64,000 nt of DNA from an uncultured Thermoplasmatales archaeon (lineage in GTDB: Archaea; Thermoplasmatota; E2; UBA202; DSCA01), in contig CAZESS010000001.1 in the NCBI GenBank assembly GCA_964514975.1, positions 55,845 to 119,844 on the forward strand, read 5' to 3'. Position 1 is the first letter of the stretch. Every line of letters begins with the position of its first letter. Made by a program: the position numbers and the translations under genes. The notes under the pieces are model-generated. The model worked only from the letters and a program-made list of their open reading frames with translations, ran no database searches and was not told where the DNA came from. Below are positions 26,905-35,601 of this stretch, in pieces.

Positions 26905-27607
26905 AACCAATCACGGGGTCATCGTCGCCTGTGACGTCGACACCCATAACGCTTTTGAACATCTCGTCCAGCAGACCTGTCACCTCGAGGGTGTCGTCGG
27001 ATACAAAATCGGTACCCTCCTGGGTCTGACCTATGGCCTCAGGCCGCTCACCGAGATGGTGGCGGAGCACTGCAATCTGCCCGTCATCTACGATCATCAA
27101 AAAGCGGCGACGGACATCCCGCAGATGGGCGAGCCCTTTGCCCGGGTCTGCAAAAACGGTGGCGTCGACAGCGTCATCCTGTTCCCCCAGGCGGGCCCTG
27201 AAACCGAAAAAGCGTTCATCCGGGCCGTCATCGAGCATGACATGGTGCCGATGGTCGGCGGCGAGATGACCCATCCCGGTTATCTCACGGAGGAGCAGGG
27301 ATACATCCGGAGCGACGCGCCACCCGACATGTACCGCCTTGCCGCCCGGCATGATGTATCCTATTTCATCGTCCCCGGCAACCGGCCGGCGGCGCTACAG
27401 CGCTACCATGACCTGCTCACCGGCATTATGGACATGCCGGCGTTCTGCATGCCCGGCATCGGCCGGCAGGGGGGCTCCATCCGCAGCGCCTTCGAGCAGC
27501 TTGGCAGCACGGCGAAATATGCCATTGTGGGCTCCGCCATCTACACGAGCGATGACCCCGAGGCAGCGGCACGTGAGCTGGCCCGGGAAGCCCTGGAGTT
27601 CGAGTGA
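26891..27607 (+). CDS. pyrF: Orotidine 5'-phosphate decarboxylase family protein
   Basis: IVACDV, YKIGT, YDHQKAATDIPQ (D-x-K...D-type), GGEMTHPGY, MPGIGRQGGS and IVGSAIY line up with archaeal PyrF motifs. It overlaps the tgt stop by 14 nt. Confidence 0.7.
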   Translation: MMLFETNHGVIVACDVDTHNAFEHLVQQTCHLEGVVGYKIGTLLGLTYGLRPLTEMVAEHCNLPVIYDHQKAATDIPQMGEPFARVCKNGGVDSVILFPQAGPETEKAFIRAVIEHDMVPMVGGEMTHPGYLTEEQGYIRSDAPPDMYRLAARHDVSYFIVPGNRPAALQRYHDLLTGIMDMPAFCMPGIGRQGGSIRSAFEQLGSTAKYAIVGSAIYTSDDPEAAARELAREALEFE

Positions 27608-27611
27608 TATC

Positions 27612-28328
27612 ATGGAAGCCAAAGACATCATGGAGGAACTGTACCGGCACGGCCTCGTCAAAACATGGCACCGTGACCGGCCCGAGGGATGGACACTGGT
27701 GTCCGGTCTCTGGAGCCCTTTTTACATCAACCTCAGGGCGCTCCCCGGTCATCCCCGGCTGTTCATGGCGGTCGGCGAACGCCTGGGCGAGATGATACTG
27801 GAGCGCTGCGATCTCGACAGCGTCATGGGCATCGCCATGGCCGGTATCCCGCTTGCATCGGCGGTTGCGGTGCAGCACGGCGTCCCCATGCTCTACACCC
27901 GGAAGCTCAGGGGCGTGAAATCGCTGGAGGCGCTCCGCGAGGCCGCACAGCAGTACGGGCAGCATTCCCTGGTCGAGGGAGCCATGCATGACGGCGACCG
28001 GGTGGTCGCGCTCGATGATTTGGTCACGCGGTTTGACAGCAAGCTCGTCGCCGTCGAGCAGCTCGCGATGGAGGCAGACCGCCGCGGGGTGGATATATCC
28101 TGCTGCGACGTCGCGGTGCTCATCGACCGGGAGCAAGGCGCCGGCGACATCGCCGCCCGGCACGGCATCAGGCTGCACGCGTTGATACCATTCCAGAGCC
28201 ATGGCATCGACTGGCTCCACGATGTCTTCACCGACGTGGAATACGAGGTCATCAGCGACTACCTGCACGACAGCGACAAATACCAGGACGAGCAACGCCG
28301 CCGTGACATCATCGACTCCTTCAAATAA
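27612..28328 (+). CDS. pyrE: Orotate phosphoribosyltransferase-like protein (long form, atypical PRPP loop)
   Basis: SPFYINLR, GIAMAGIPLASAVA and the acidic pair plus loop VVALDDLVTRFDSK in place of the usual DD-x-x-T-x-G-x-[ST]. ATG 27612 is 4 nt after pyrF; track start 27339 is rejected. Confidence 0.6.
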   Translation: MEAKDIMEELYRHGLVKTWHRDRPEGWTLVSGLWSPFYINLRALPGHPRLFMAVGERLGEMILERCDLDSVMGIAMAGIPLASAVAVQHGVPMLYTRKLRGVKSLEALREAAQQYGQHSLVEGAMHDGDRVVALDDLVTRFDSKLVAVEQLAMEADRRGVDISCCDVAVLIDREQGAGDIAARHGIRLHALIPFQSHGIDWLHDVFTDVEYEVISDYLHDSDKYQDEQRRRDIIDSFK

Positions 28329-29364
28329 TGCGCCGGCGGAAGCCGCGCATGGTCCACCATCGCACGAGCTTTTCGAGCAGCCCGGGCAGCCGTCCGTCCA
28401 TGCTCCAGTGGTGCCATGACAGGATACCATGGCGGCTGCCCAGGCTGATGATCAGGGGGATGGGCCGCGGCCGATACACGGCCATCGACGCGTCATCATT
28501 TTTGGTGACGTTTTTCACGATAATCCGGGCGTGGCGCTCGGCGTTCTGCGCCGTTTTTTCCTCTTTGATGGCGGTGACGTCGCCGCCGGCGTAGATGTGC
28601 GGATGGCCGGGCAGCTGCAAAAACCGGTTCACCTGTACGGCGTTGCGTTCGTCGAGCACGTCGCCCAGCCCATCAAGAAAAAAGGGGTTGTGGCGGATGC
28701 CCGTGCACCAGACCACGACGTCCGCCGCTATCTCCCGCCCCATGTCGGTAACATACATGCCGGCATGGCGGTCGACCACCTTTTCCTCCATTACCAGCCG
28801 GATGCCATGTCGCTCCAGGAACTGGCCGGCATGTTGCGAGGCCGACGGCGGGTTTCGCTCGAGCAGCCGGCGGTGCGCATGCACCAGGGTTATATGAAGG
28901 CGAGGGAGTTTCTCCACGAGCTCGGCGGCCAGCTCCACGCCGATCAGCCCGCCACCCACAATCAGCACCCGGTCGGCGTCACGGAGCGCCGCGGCGAGCG
29001 CCATCGCCTCCCCTGTGGAGGTGAGCGTAAACATATCGGTGGTGTCGTCGAGCAGCACGGGATATTCGACGCCGGATGCGACGATCGCCCGGTCAAACCG
29101 TATCTGCACGCTGTCGGTTTCGATCACGTGTGGGGTCATCCGGACGACGTCGCCGGTAATGATATCCGCATGCGGCAAAAAATCCCGGTAGGGAACCGAT
29201 AACATGCGACTGCGGCCCGGCTCGCAGACCAGCCGGTGGACACCCGGCGTGTACTCAAAAAACGGTGTCCGGTCAACCAATATGACCTGCACCCCGGGGC
29301 GCTGCTGCAGCTTTCTGGCGACCAGCGCACCGCAGAAGCCTCCCCCGACGATGGCGACATCCAT
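28321..29364 (-). CDS. FAD-dependent pyridine nucleotide-disulfide oxidoreductase (NDH-2-like)
   Basis: Starts at MDVAIVGGGFCGALVARKL (GxGxxG). A second dinucleotide fold is RVLIVGGGLIGVELAAEL, and GGDVTA lies near the C-terminus. The upstream 68 codons of the track ORF overlap the ALDH gene and are rejected. Confidence 0.8.
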   Translation of the reverse strand: MDVAIVGGGFCGALVARKLQQRPGVQVILVDRTPFFEYTPGVHRLVCEPGRSRMLSVPYRDFLPHADIITGDVVRMTPHVIETDSVQIRFDRAIVASGVEYPVLLDDTTDMFTLTSTGEAMALAAALRDADRVLIVGGGLIGVELAAELVEKLPRLHITLVHAHRRLLERNPPSASQHAGQFLERHGIRLVMEEKVVDRHAGMYVTDMGREIAADVVVWCTGIRHNPFFLDGLGDVLDERNAVQVNRFLQLPGHPHIYAGGDVTAIKEEKTAQNAERHARIIVKNVTKNDDASMAVYRPRPIPLIISLGSRHGILSWHHWSMDGRLPGLLEKLVRWWTMRGFRRRII

Positions 29365-29366
29365 GG

Positions 29367-30740
29367 TCAGCCATGCCGGTAGCAGTTCAGTGTTTTCACG
29401 TTCACGAACTCGTGCAGCCCGTGCCGGGCGAGCTCCCGGCCGATGCCGCTCTGCTTTATGCCGCCGAAGGGCAGCCGGGGGTCGGACTTGGTGATATGGT
29501 TGACAAACATGCAGCCTGCCTCTATCCGCCGGGCGATGGCCATGCCCCGCGCTGTATCGCGCGTCCACACGCTGCCACCCAGCCCGAACCGGGTTTTGTT
29601 GGCCAATGCTACCGCCTCCGCATCGTCGGCTACGGTGAACACCGGCGCAACGGGCCCGAACACCTCGTTCCTGGCGACGCGCATGTCACAGGTGACATCG
29701 GCGAGCACCGTCGGCTGAAAGAAAAAGCCGGGCCTGTCCAGCCCGTGGCCCCCGGTCACAAGGTGTGCCCCGCCATCCAGGGCATCCTCGACGAAGGTCT
29801 CCATCTGCGCCACGGCTGTCTCGGATGCCAGCGGACCCGCCTCGGTCGCCATGTCCAATGGGTCGCCCACCCTGAGATGCTCCATCTTATCAGCGAGCAT
29901 TTCGATGAACATCTCGGCTACATCTGCATGGACGATAAACCGCTTCGCGGCGATACAGCTCTGCCCCGTGTTTATCATCCGCCCACGGACCGCCTGCGCT
30001 GCAACAGCGTCCATGTCGACGTCGTCCAGAACGATGAACGGGTCGCTGCCACCCAGCTCCAGCACCATTTTTTTGAGATGCCGTCCCGCGGTCGCGGCCA
30101 CCGCCCGGCCTGCATCGACGCTCCCGGTCAGCGAGACACCCCGCACGACGTCGGCGGCAACCAGCCGCTCGATCAGGTCATGTCCGGCTATAACGGTCCG
30201 GAAGACATCCACGGGAAACCCGGCCTCCCGCAATGCTGCCTCGATGGCGAGCGCGCTCCCCGTGCAGATGCTGGCATGCTTGAGCAGCACCGTGTTGCCC
30301 GCCAGGAGCGCTGGAATGGCGCAGCGGAGCGCCTGCCAGAACGGAAAGTTCCAGGGCATGACGGCCAGGATGACACCCAATGGCTGAAACACGATGCGGT
30401 GCTCGAGGCCGTCCGCCTCGACATGTTCGTCGGCCAGCCATGCGGGGGCATTGTCCGCATATACCTCGGCCATCCATGCACATTTCTCTATCTCGGCCAC
30501 CGACTCCCGCAGGGGCTTGCCCATTTCCCGGGTCATCAGCTCCGCATATTCCTGCCTGTGTTCGCGGAGCACCGCTGCCAGGCGTTGCACATATGGCACT
30601 CGCTCCTCGACGCTCAGCCTGCGCCATTCCCCGAAGGCCAGGTGCGCCCGATCCGCGATGTCGAACAGCTCGTCCTCGGCCATCGTCTCGTAGGTGGCGA
30701 TGGGCTGCCCTGTCGCCGGGTTCACGGTTTCAACCATCAT
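29367..30740 (-). CDS. NAD(P)-dependent aldehyde dehydrogenase (succinate-semialdehyde dehydrogenase-like)
   Basis: FPFWQ, LELGGSDPFIV, the catalytic Cys in NTGQSCIAAKRF, and PFGGIKQSGIGRE. Confidence 0.88.
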   Translation of the reverse strand: MMVETVNPATGQPIATYETMAEDELFDIADRAHLAFGEWRRLSVEERVPYVQRLAAVLREHRQEYAELMTREMGKPLRESVAEIEKCAWMAEVYADNAPAWLADEHVEADGLEHRIVFQPLGVILAVMPWNFPFWQALRCAIPALLAGNTVLLKHASICTGSALAIEAALREAGFPVDVFRTVIAGHDLIERLVAADVVRGVSLTGSVDAGRAVAATAGRHLKKMVLELGGSDPFIVLDDVDMDAVAAQAVRGRMINTGQSCIAAKRFIVHADVAEMFIEMLADKMEHLRVGDPLDMATEAGPLASETAVAQMETFVEDALDGGAHLVTGGHGLDRPGFFFQPTVLADVTCDMRVARNEVFGPVAPVFTVADDAEAVALANKTRFGLGGSVWTRDTARGMAIARRIEAGCMFVNHITKSDPRLPFGGIKQSGIGRELARHGLHEFVNVKTLNCYRHG

Positions 30741-30849
30741 TGTATGCTCCCATAGGGCATATCAGGCAGCCATCATTTAATGGTTTGTTCTCCCCATGTC
30801 CCCGGGCGGTGAACCTATATACGCCCGGCAGATTTAAACAGGAGACAGC

Positions 30850-31176
30850 ATGGCACATGTGCAGTCCGGCTCGCACACCACGGGATGGACGGAGCGACAC
30901 GTCTACCGGGCGAGAACCACCGACTCATCGTTTTCAACGGGAGATGGACGGTGCGACATATGCGGAGAAAGCCACCGCAATCCCTACGAGGGCAGCCCGC
31001 ACTATGTCACAATGAGGGTGCCCGTCCGCGTCGCCAAAAACTGGGCATCCCATCACGGCATCGTGGTGCACATGGAACAGCGGATGGCATACGTCCACAA
31101 AAAAGGCCGGAGGCCGGACCATGTCCAGCTCGTTCCCTACACCGAATGGGAAACGGTCAGGACGATAGGGCCGTAA
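30850..31176 (+). CDS. Hypothetical protein (108 aa)
   Basis: AGGAG lies 6 nt upstream of the ATG. Composition is more protein-like than the overlapping Arg-rich frame (30885..31250). No motif recognised. Confidence 0.4.
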   Translation: MAHVQSGSHTTGWTERHVYRARTTDSSFSTGDGRCDICGESHRNPYEGSPHYVTMRVPVRVAKNWASHHGIVVHMEQRMAYVHKKGRRPDHVQLVPYTEWETVRTIGP

Positions 31177-31246
31177 AGATGATACATCTCACCATGTCTG
31201 CATCCCGGCCAATACTTTTTAATATTTTAGGGCATTTTGATGGCCA

Positions 31247-31753
31247 ATGACATCGATAGAAACCGTTTTCCCGTTGCTCGGAGACATTAAAGATGAGGAA
31301 CTGCGCGGCAAGGTCGTCGAATGCTGGACGCTGGCGATGGAACGTGGCGGCTGGGACAGCCTGGACGGCATCCCGTTCACGCTGCTTTTGCCGGATGCGG
31401 GCGAGTTCACCGGCCATGTCAACCGCGTCACCGCGATGGCCGCCGCCGTCGGCAGGGAGCGCGACGACCTGGACATGGACGTGCTGATTGCCGGAGCGCT
31501 GCTGCACGACGTCGGCAAGCTCCTGGAATACGAGCGCGCTGACGGCCAGGTACAAAAATCGGCTATGGGACACATCATCCGTCATCCGGTGAGCGGCGCC
31601 GCGCTCGCCGCCCTTGTCGGCCTGCCCGACAACATCGTGAGCATCATCGCCGCGCATTCCAAGGAGGGCGAGTATGTGGAGCGGATCCCCGAGGCCGTCG
31701 TCGTCCACCACTGCGACTTCATCGACTTCCACATCGCGAAGGGGAAACGATGA
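31247..31753 (+). CDS. HD-domain metal-dependent phosphohydrolase
   Basis: H...HD signature (GHVNRVT...ALLHDVGKLLEY) and a downstream AAHSKEGEY. The stop overlaps the start of the next gene by 4 nt. Confidence 0.75.
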   Translation: MTSIETVFPLLGDIKDEELRGKVVECWTLAMERGGWDSLDGIPFTLLLPDAGEFTGHVNRVTAMAAAVGRERDDLDMDVLIAGALLHDVGKLLEYERADGQVQKSAMGHIIRHPVSGAALAALVGLPDNIVSIIAAHSKEGEYVERIPEAVVVHHCDFIDFHIAKGKR

Positions 31754-32865
31754 TACGTGGCCAGGGCGCGGCGGGCACGGACAACAAGCGCGACTGCCAT
31801 GTGAGCGTGCAGGAGGGCTCCTCCATAGAGATTGAGAGCAAGTATGCCGGCATGTTCGGCGATCACATCAAATCGCTGGTGCAGCGCCGTCTCGACGAGC
31901 TGGATACCGATGCCGCCGTTACTGTTCAGGAGCGGGGCTGCTATGACTACGTCGTCCTGGCGCGGCTTGAGGCCGCCCTGCATCGTGCGGGCATGGAGCA
32001 GCTGTCCGACGGGATGGCGGAGCGTTCGCCGCCGCAGCGACAGTTGCGGCGGAGCCGGATGTATGTGCCGGGGAACAACCCCAGGATGCTGAACAAGGCG
32101 GGCATGTACGGCGCCGACTGCCTCATCCTCGACCTCGAGGATTCCGTGGCGGTGGACCAAAAGCTCGACGCCCGCTATCTGGTCAAAAATGCATTGCAGT
32201 ATCTCGATTTCGGCGGGGCTGAGCTCTGGGTGCGCATCAACAAGGCGAAGGCGAAGGAGGACATCTCGGTCGTCAAATACGGCAGTCCGCATGGCATCTG
32301 TCTGCCGAAGGCGGAGATCCCGGAGGACGTGGTTATCCTGGAGAACATGCTCGAGGAGGAGGGCCTCGATGCTGCTATCATGCCCATCGTGGAGACCGCC
32401 CGGGGTATCCGGAACGTTGACGCCATCGCCGGGGCGAGCGACGCCGTCGTGGCGCTTGCCTTCGGCGCCGAGGATTTCACGGCTGACGTGTGCGGCCGTC
32501 GTTCGCGTGAGGCGTTGCTGTATCCGCGCAGCCGGCTTGTCGTGGCCGCCCGTTCCCATGACGTGCAGCCGCTTGACACCGTGTATGCCGATGTCGCCGA
32601 CATAGGGGACCTGCGGGAGGAAACCATGCACGTCATCGAGCTGGGGTTCGACGGGAAGGGCGCCATCCATCCCAAGCAGGTGCCGGTCATCCATGACTGT
32701 TTTACCCCTGGCGATGCGGAGGTGGAGGAGGCCAGAGAGGTCATCGCCGCTGTCGAGGCAGCCCGCGAGAAAGGGCTGGGCAGCGCATCGCTGCATGGCA
32801 AGATGATCGATTTGCCGGTGGAGAAACGAGCCCGTCGCATCCTCCGGCGGGCGGACATGAGCTAG
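31750..32865 (+). CDS. Fusion protein: CitD-like (citrate lyase acyl-carrier) N-domain plus CitE/HpcH-type citryl-/malyl-CoA lyase beta-subunit domain
   Basis: Residues 1-85, GAAGT...ERGCYDYVVLARLEAALHRAG, resemble CitD (AGTLESxD...DKGALDCxLRARLEAxLxRA). Residues ~95-371 carry CitE motifs: RSRMYVPGNNPRML, LILDLEDSV, PIVETARG and FGAEDFTAD. Confidence 0.7.
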   Translation: MIRGQGAAGTDNKRDCHVSVQEGSSIEIESKYAGMFGDHIKSLVQRRLDELDTDAAVTVQERGCYDYVVLARLEAALHRAGMEQLSDGMAERSPPQRQLRRSRMYVPGNNPRMLNKAGMYGADCLILDLEDSVAVDQKLDARYLVKNALQYLDFGGAELWVRINKAKAKEDISVVKYGSPHGICLPKAEIPEDVVILENMLEEEGLDAAIMPIVETARGIRNVDAIAGASDAVVALAFGAEDFTADVCGRRSREALLYPRSRLVVAARSHDVQPLDTVYADVADIGDLREETMHVIELGFDGKGAIHPKQVPVIHDCFTPGDAEVEEAREVIAAVEAAREKGLGSASLHGKMIDLPVEKRARRILRRADMS

Positions 32866-32870
32866 CTCTC

Positions 32871-33524
32871 ATGCGTCTCACCATTTTGTATGACAACACG
32901 GTGTATCGTGCCAGTAGAGGTCTGATGGCCCGGTGGGGGTTTTCCTGCCTGGTGGAAACTGGAAAGCGGCGTATTCTCTTTGACACGGGTGGCGACGGCC
33001 AGGTGTTGCTGTCCAACATGGCCGCGCTGGATGTGCATCCGGAGACCATCGATACCATCGTTATCTCGCATGAGCACTGGGACCATGCTGGCGGGCTCCC
33101 ATCGCTGCTTGAGCGAAATCCGGATGTCCGGGTCTATCGGCTGAAAAAGCCGTCGTCGCCCGCGGCAGAAACCATCCCGGTGGATGAGCCCCGTTCCATA
33201 GCCGACGGCGTGTTCAGCACCGGCCGGCTGCCCGGCTCGCCGGTCGACGAGCAGTCGCTGGTTATTCGCTGCGGGAAACGATGGTGTGTGCTGGCTGGCT
33301 GCTCGCATCCCGGTGTCGCCGCCATTCTTGATGCAGCGGGAAGGCATGGCCATGTTGATGGTGTCATTGGTGGACTGCACGGCTTTGACAGCTACGGGCT
33401 GCTCGACGGCATGATGCTGGTCTGTCCGACGCACTGCACGCGGCATGTCGACGAGATACGGCGGCGCTATCCCGACCGCTATATTAAGGGCGGTGTCGGC
33501 CGGGTCATCCATCTGGAGCGGTGA
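32871..33524 (+). CDS. Metallo-beta-lactamase-fold protein (COG1237 / MJ0301-like)
   Basis: ILYDN...GFSCLVE...ILFDTG and VISHEHWDHAGG (the HxHxDH motif). Confidence 0.75.
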   Translation: MRLTILYDNTVYRASRGLMARWGFSCLVETGKRRILFDTGGDGQVLLSNMAALDVHPETIDTIVISHEHWDHAGGLPSLLERNPDVRVYRLKKPSSPAAETIPVDEPRSIADGVFSTGRLPGSPVDEQSLVIRCGKRWCVLAGCSHPGVAAILDAAGRHGHVDGVIGGLHGFDSYGLLDGMMLVCPTHCTRHVDEIRRRYPDRYIKGGVGRVIHLER

Positions 33525-33560
33525 GCCAACGTTTAAATAGGCTACCGACGATATGTCATT

Positions 33561-34325
33561 ATGATTATCCCGCTTCCCGTGCTGGCGCTGCTGGTTCTCA
33601 TCGTTATTATCATCCTGGCTGCGGCAATCAAGATCGTCAGGGAATACGAGCGCGGCGTGATTTTCCGTCTCGGTCGATTGCTTGGTGCCAAGGGGCCCGG
33701 CGTGTTTTTCATCATCCCGATTTTTGACAACATGATCAAGGTCGACCTCCGGGAGCACGTGCTCGACGTGCCGGCGCAGGAGGCCATCACCTCGGACAAC
33801 GTCCCGGTTCGGGTGAACGCCGTCGTCTACTTCCGGGTGATGAATCCCGAGGACGCGGTCGTGCGCATCCAGAACTACATGCAGGGCACCCAGCAGATGG
33901 CGCAGACCACGCTCCGGAGCATCATCGGGCAGGCGGAGCTCGACGCGATACTCAAGGAGCGCGACCGGATAAACCAGCGCCTGCAGAGCATCCTTGATGA
34001 GGCAACCGACGAATGGGGTGTCAAGGTTACCGCCGTCGAGATAAAAGACGTCGAGATACCGGAGTCGATGCAGCGTGCCATGGCGAAGGCGGCGGAGTCG
34101 GAGCGCGCTCGTCGTGCTCGCATCATCGCCGCTGAGGGCGAGCTCCAGGCGTCGGAAAAGCTGGCTGAAGCGGCACGGGTGATATCGCAGGAGGAGGGCG
34201 GCTTACAGCTGCGCTTCCTGCAGACTGCCTCCGACATGGCGGAGGAAAAAAACACGACGACCATCGTGCTTCCCATCCCGGTCGAGCTCCTTCGGTTTTT
34301 TGAGAGTAAAAGCAAGGAGAAGTGA
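33561..34325 (+). CDS. SPFH/band-7 (stomatin-like) membrane protein
   Basis: N-terminal TM helix followed by IVREYERGVIFRLGRL, ITSDNVPVRVNAVVYFRV, ERARRARIIAAEGE and LRFLQT. Confidence 0.9.
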   Translation: MIIPLPVLALLVLIVIIILAAAIKIVREYERGVIFRLGRLLGAKGPGVFFIIPIFDNMIKVDLREHVLDVPAQEAITSDNVPVRVNAVVYFRVMNPEDAVVRIQNYMQGTQQMAQTTLRSIIGQAELDAILKERDRINQRLQSILDEATDEWGVKVTAVEIKDVEIPESMQRAMAKAAESERARRARIIAAEGELQASEKLAEAARVISQEEGGLQLRFLQTASDMAEEKNTTTIVLPIPVELLRFFESKSKEK

Positions 34326-34353
34326 TGTCTGTACGGCCGATAGCGCCCCTGTG

Positions 34354-35025
34354 TTATGGCAGCAGCAGCGCGAACGATGCAACGGCCAGGAGGGCGCAGG
34401 TTCCCATGGCGGCATAGTGGCCGACCCGGCTGCACGAGCGCTCCGTCGTCCTTTTTTTCTCTGCTGTTGTATACCACAGCAGCGGTATCGACAGGGCAGC
34501 TACGGTCGTCATGGTGGACAGCAGATGCCACAGCGTGAACGGCAGCGCCATGGTGTAGCAGGTTGCCAGGCCTGCAGTGCTATGAGGATACCATCCGAGC
34601 CAGCAGCCCAGGTTTGTCCAGGCGTCGTAGAGCAGCACGCTCCCTATGCCCATGCCGGCGATGCCCAGCGGTGAACGTGTCAGGCCGTGCCGTTTGCCCG
34701 TTGCGCCGAGCAGCCCGATGAACGCGAAGCCCGTCCAGGTGAACAGGAAGATAGCGGTGTTGCCATGGTAGAGGTCGGTGATGGCCATGACTGCCAGGGG
34801 CACGACGAGGCTGTACAGGCCGCCGAGCAGGATGCCGCTGAACAGTGCCACGGCTCCGACGACGAAGAACAGGTCGAGCATGAACATGGGCTGGGTGATG
34901 CCGTTGAGCGTCATCGTGGCGTGTGGTGCGTGCGGCAGGAGCTGGCCGAGCATGATGCGCCCGATGACGCCGGCTGCGATGAGCAGGCCGGCGGCCAGCA
35001 GCTGTTTTCTGGTGTCCTGGATCAT
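34354..35025 (-). CDS. Polytopic membrane protein (ECF-type S-component-like / DUF6580-like)
   Basis: About six hydrophobic helices, 223 aa. It sits immediately downstream of the DUF4430 gene on the same strand. The family call is tentative. Confidence 0.6.
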   Translation of the reverse strand: MIQDTRKQLLAAGLLIAAGVIGRIMLGQLLPHAPHATMTLNGITQPMFMLDLFFVVGAVALFSGILLGGLYSLVVPLAVMAITDLYHGNTAIFLFTWTGFAFIGLLGATGKRHGLTRSPLGIAGMGIGSVLLYDAWTNLGCWLGWYPHSTAGLATCYTMALPFTLWHLLSTMTTVAALSIPLLWYTTAEKKRTTERSCSRVGHYAAMGTCALLAVASFALLLP

Positions 35026-35065
35026 GTGGTTCCTCCGTGGTTAAAGCTCATGAGCATATTAAAGG

Positions 35066-35503
35066 TTAACTGTACCCGGTGAACTTCCATGCAACGACAT
35101 CGTGGTTATGTACGGACTGTTTGTCGGCGCCAACGGTGGCATAGCTGTCGTTAATCCAGTATTGCCAGTATTTGTTGTCCTGGCCGTTTTCCACGCCGTT
35201 GATGGCCGTTATCAGATTGCTGTCGTACTGGGGATAAAATGTGCTTGATATGGAGAAGTTGCCTGCCTCGCCTGCTTTAAACAGAAGCCTGTATACGGTG
35301 GCGTTCGAGGTGCTGATGGAGAGGTTGTCATAGGTCCATGTGGTCTCGTTGCTGAATGTGATAGTAACCGAGGCGTTTATCATCGTGGTTGTCTCTCCAT
35401 CTGAGTCTGCTGTTCCATCCTCCATGGCGTAGATGCCGACGATGATGCCCACTGTCGCGATAAGAATCATGGCTGCTATCAACACGCTTTTTCTCATATT
35501 CAT
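35066..35503 (-). CDS. DUF4430 (transcobalamin beta-domain-like) secreted/anchored protein
   Basis: N-terminal signal anchor (SVLIAAMILIATVGIIVGIYA) and a C-terminal YWQYWINDSYATVGADKQSVHNHDVVAWKF pattern typical of DUF4430. Confidence 0.65.
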   Translation of the reverse strand: MNMRKSVLIAAMILIATVGIIVGIYAMEDGTADSDGETTTMINASVTITFSNETTWTYDNLSISTSNATVYRLLFKAGEAGNFSISSTFYPQYDSNLITAINGVENGQDNKYWQYWINDSYATVGADKQSVHNHDVVAWKFTGYS

Positions 35504-35601
35504 TCAATCACCGTAAACTTTTTTTTACAAACGTAAAGTAAATTTGCTATTTAAAGTTTGCGGGCCGGAAACATTTAAGAGCACTCCGCCGTTGAAACCC
35601 A

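Noticed and set aside
30885-31250. Alternative 121-aa ORF overlapping the 108-aa hypothetical gene and the HD-gene upstream region.
   Set aside because: It is Arg/Pro/Gly-rich with no SD or TATA element at a suitable distance. The 30850 frame has an AGGAG site and a more protein-like composition, though it is itself low confidence.
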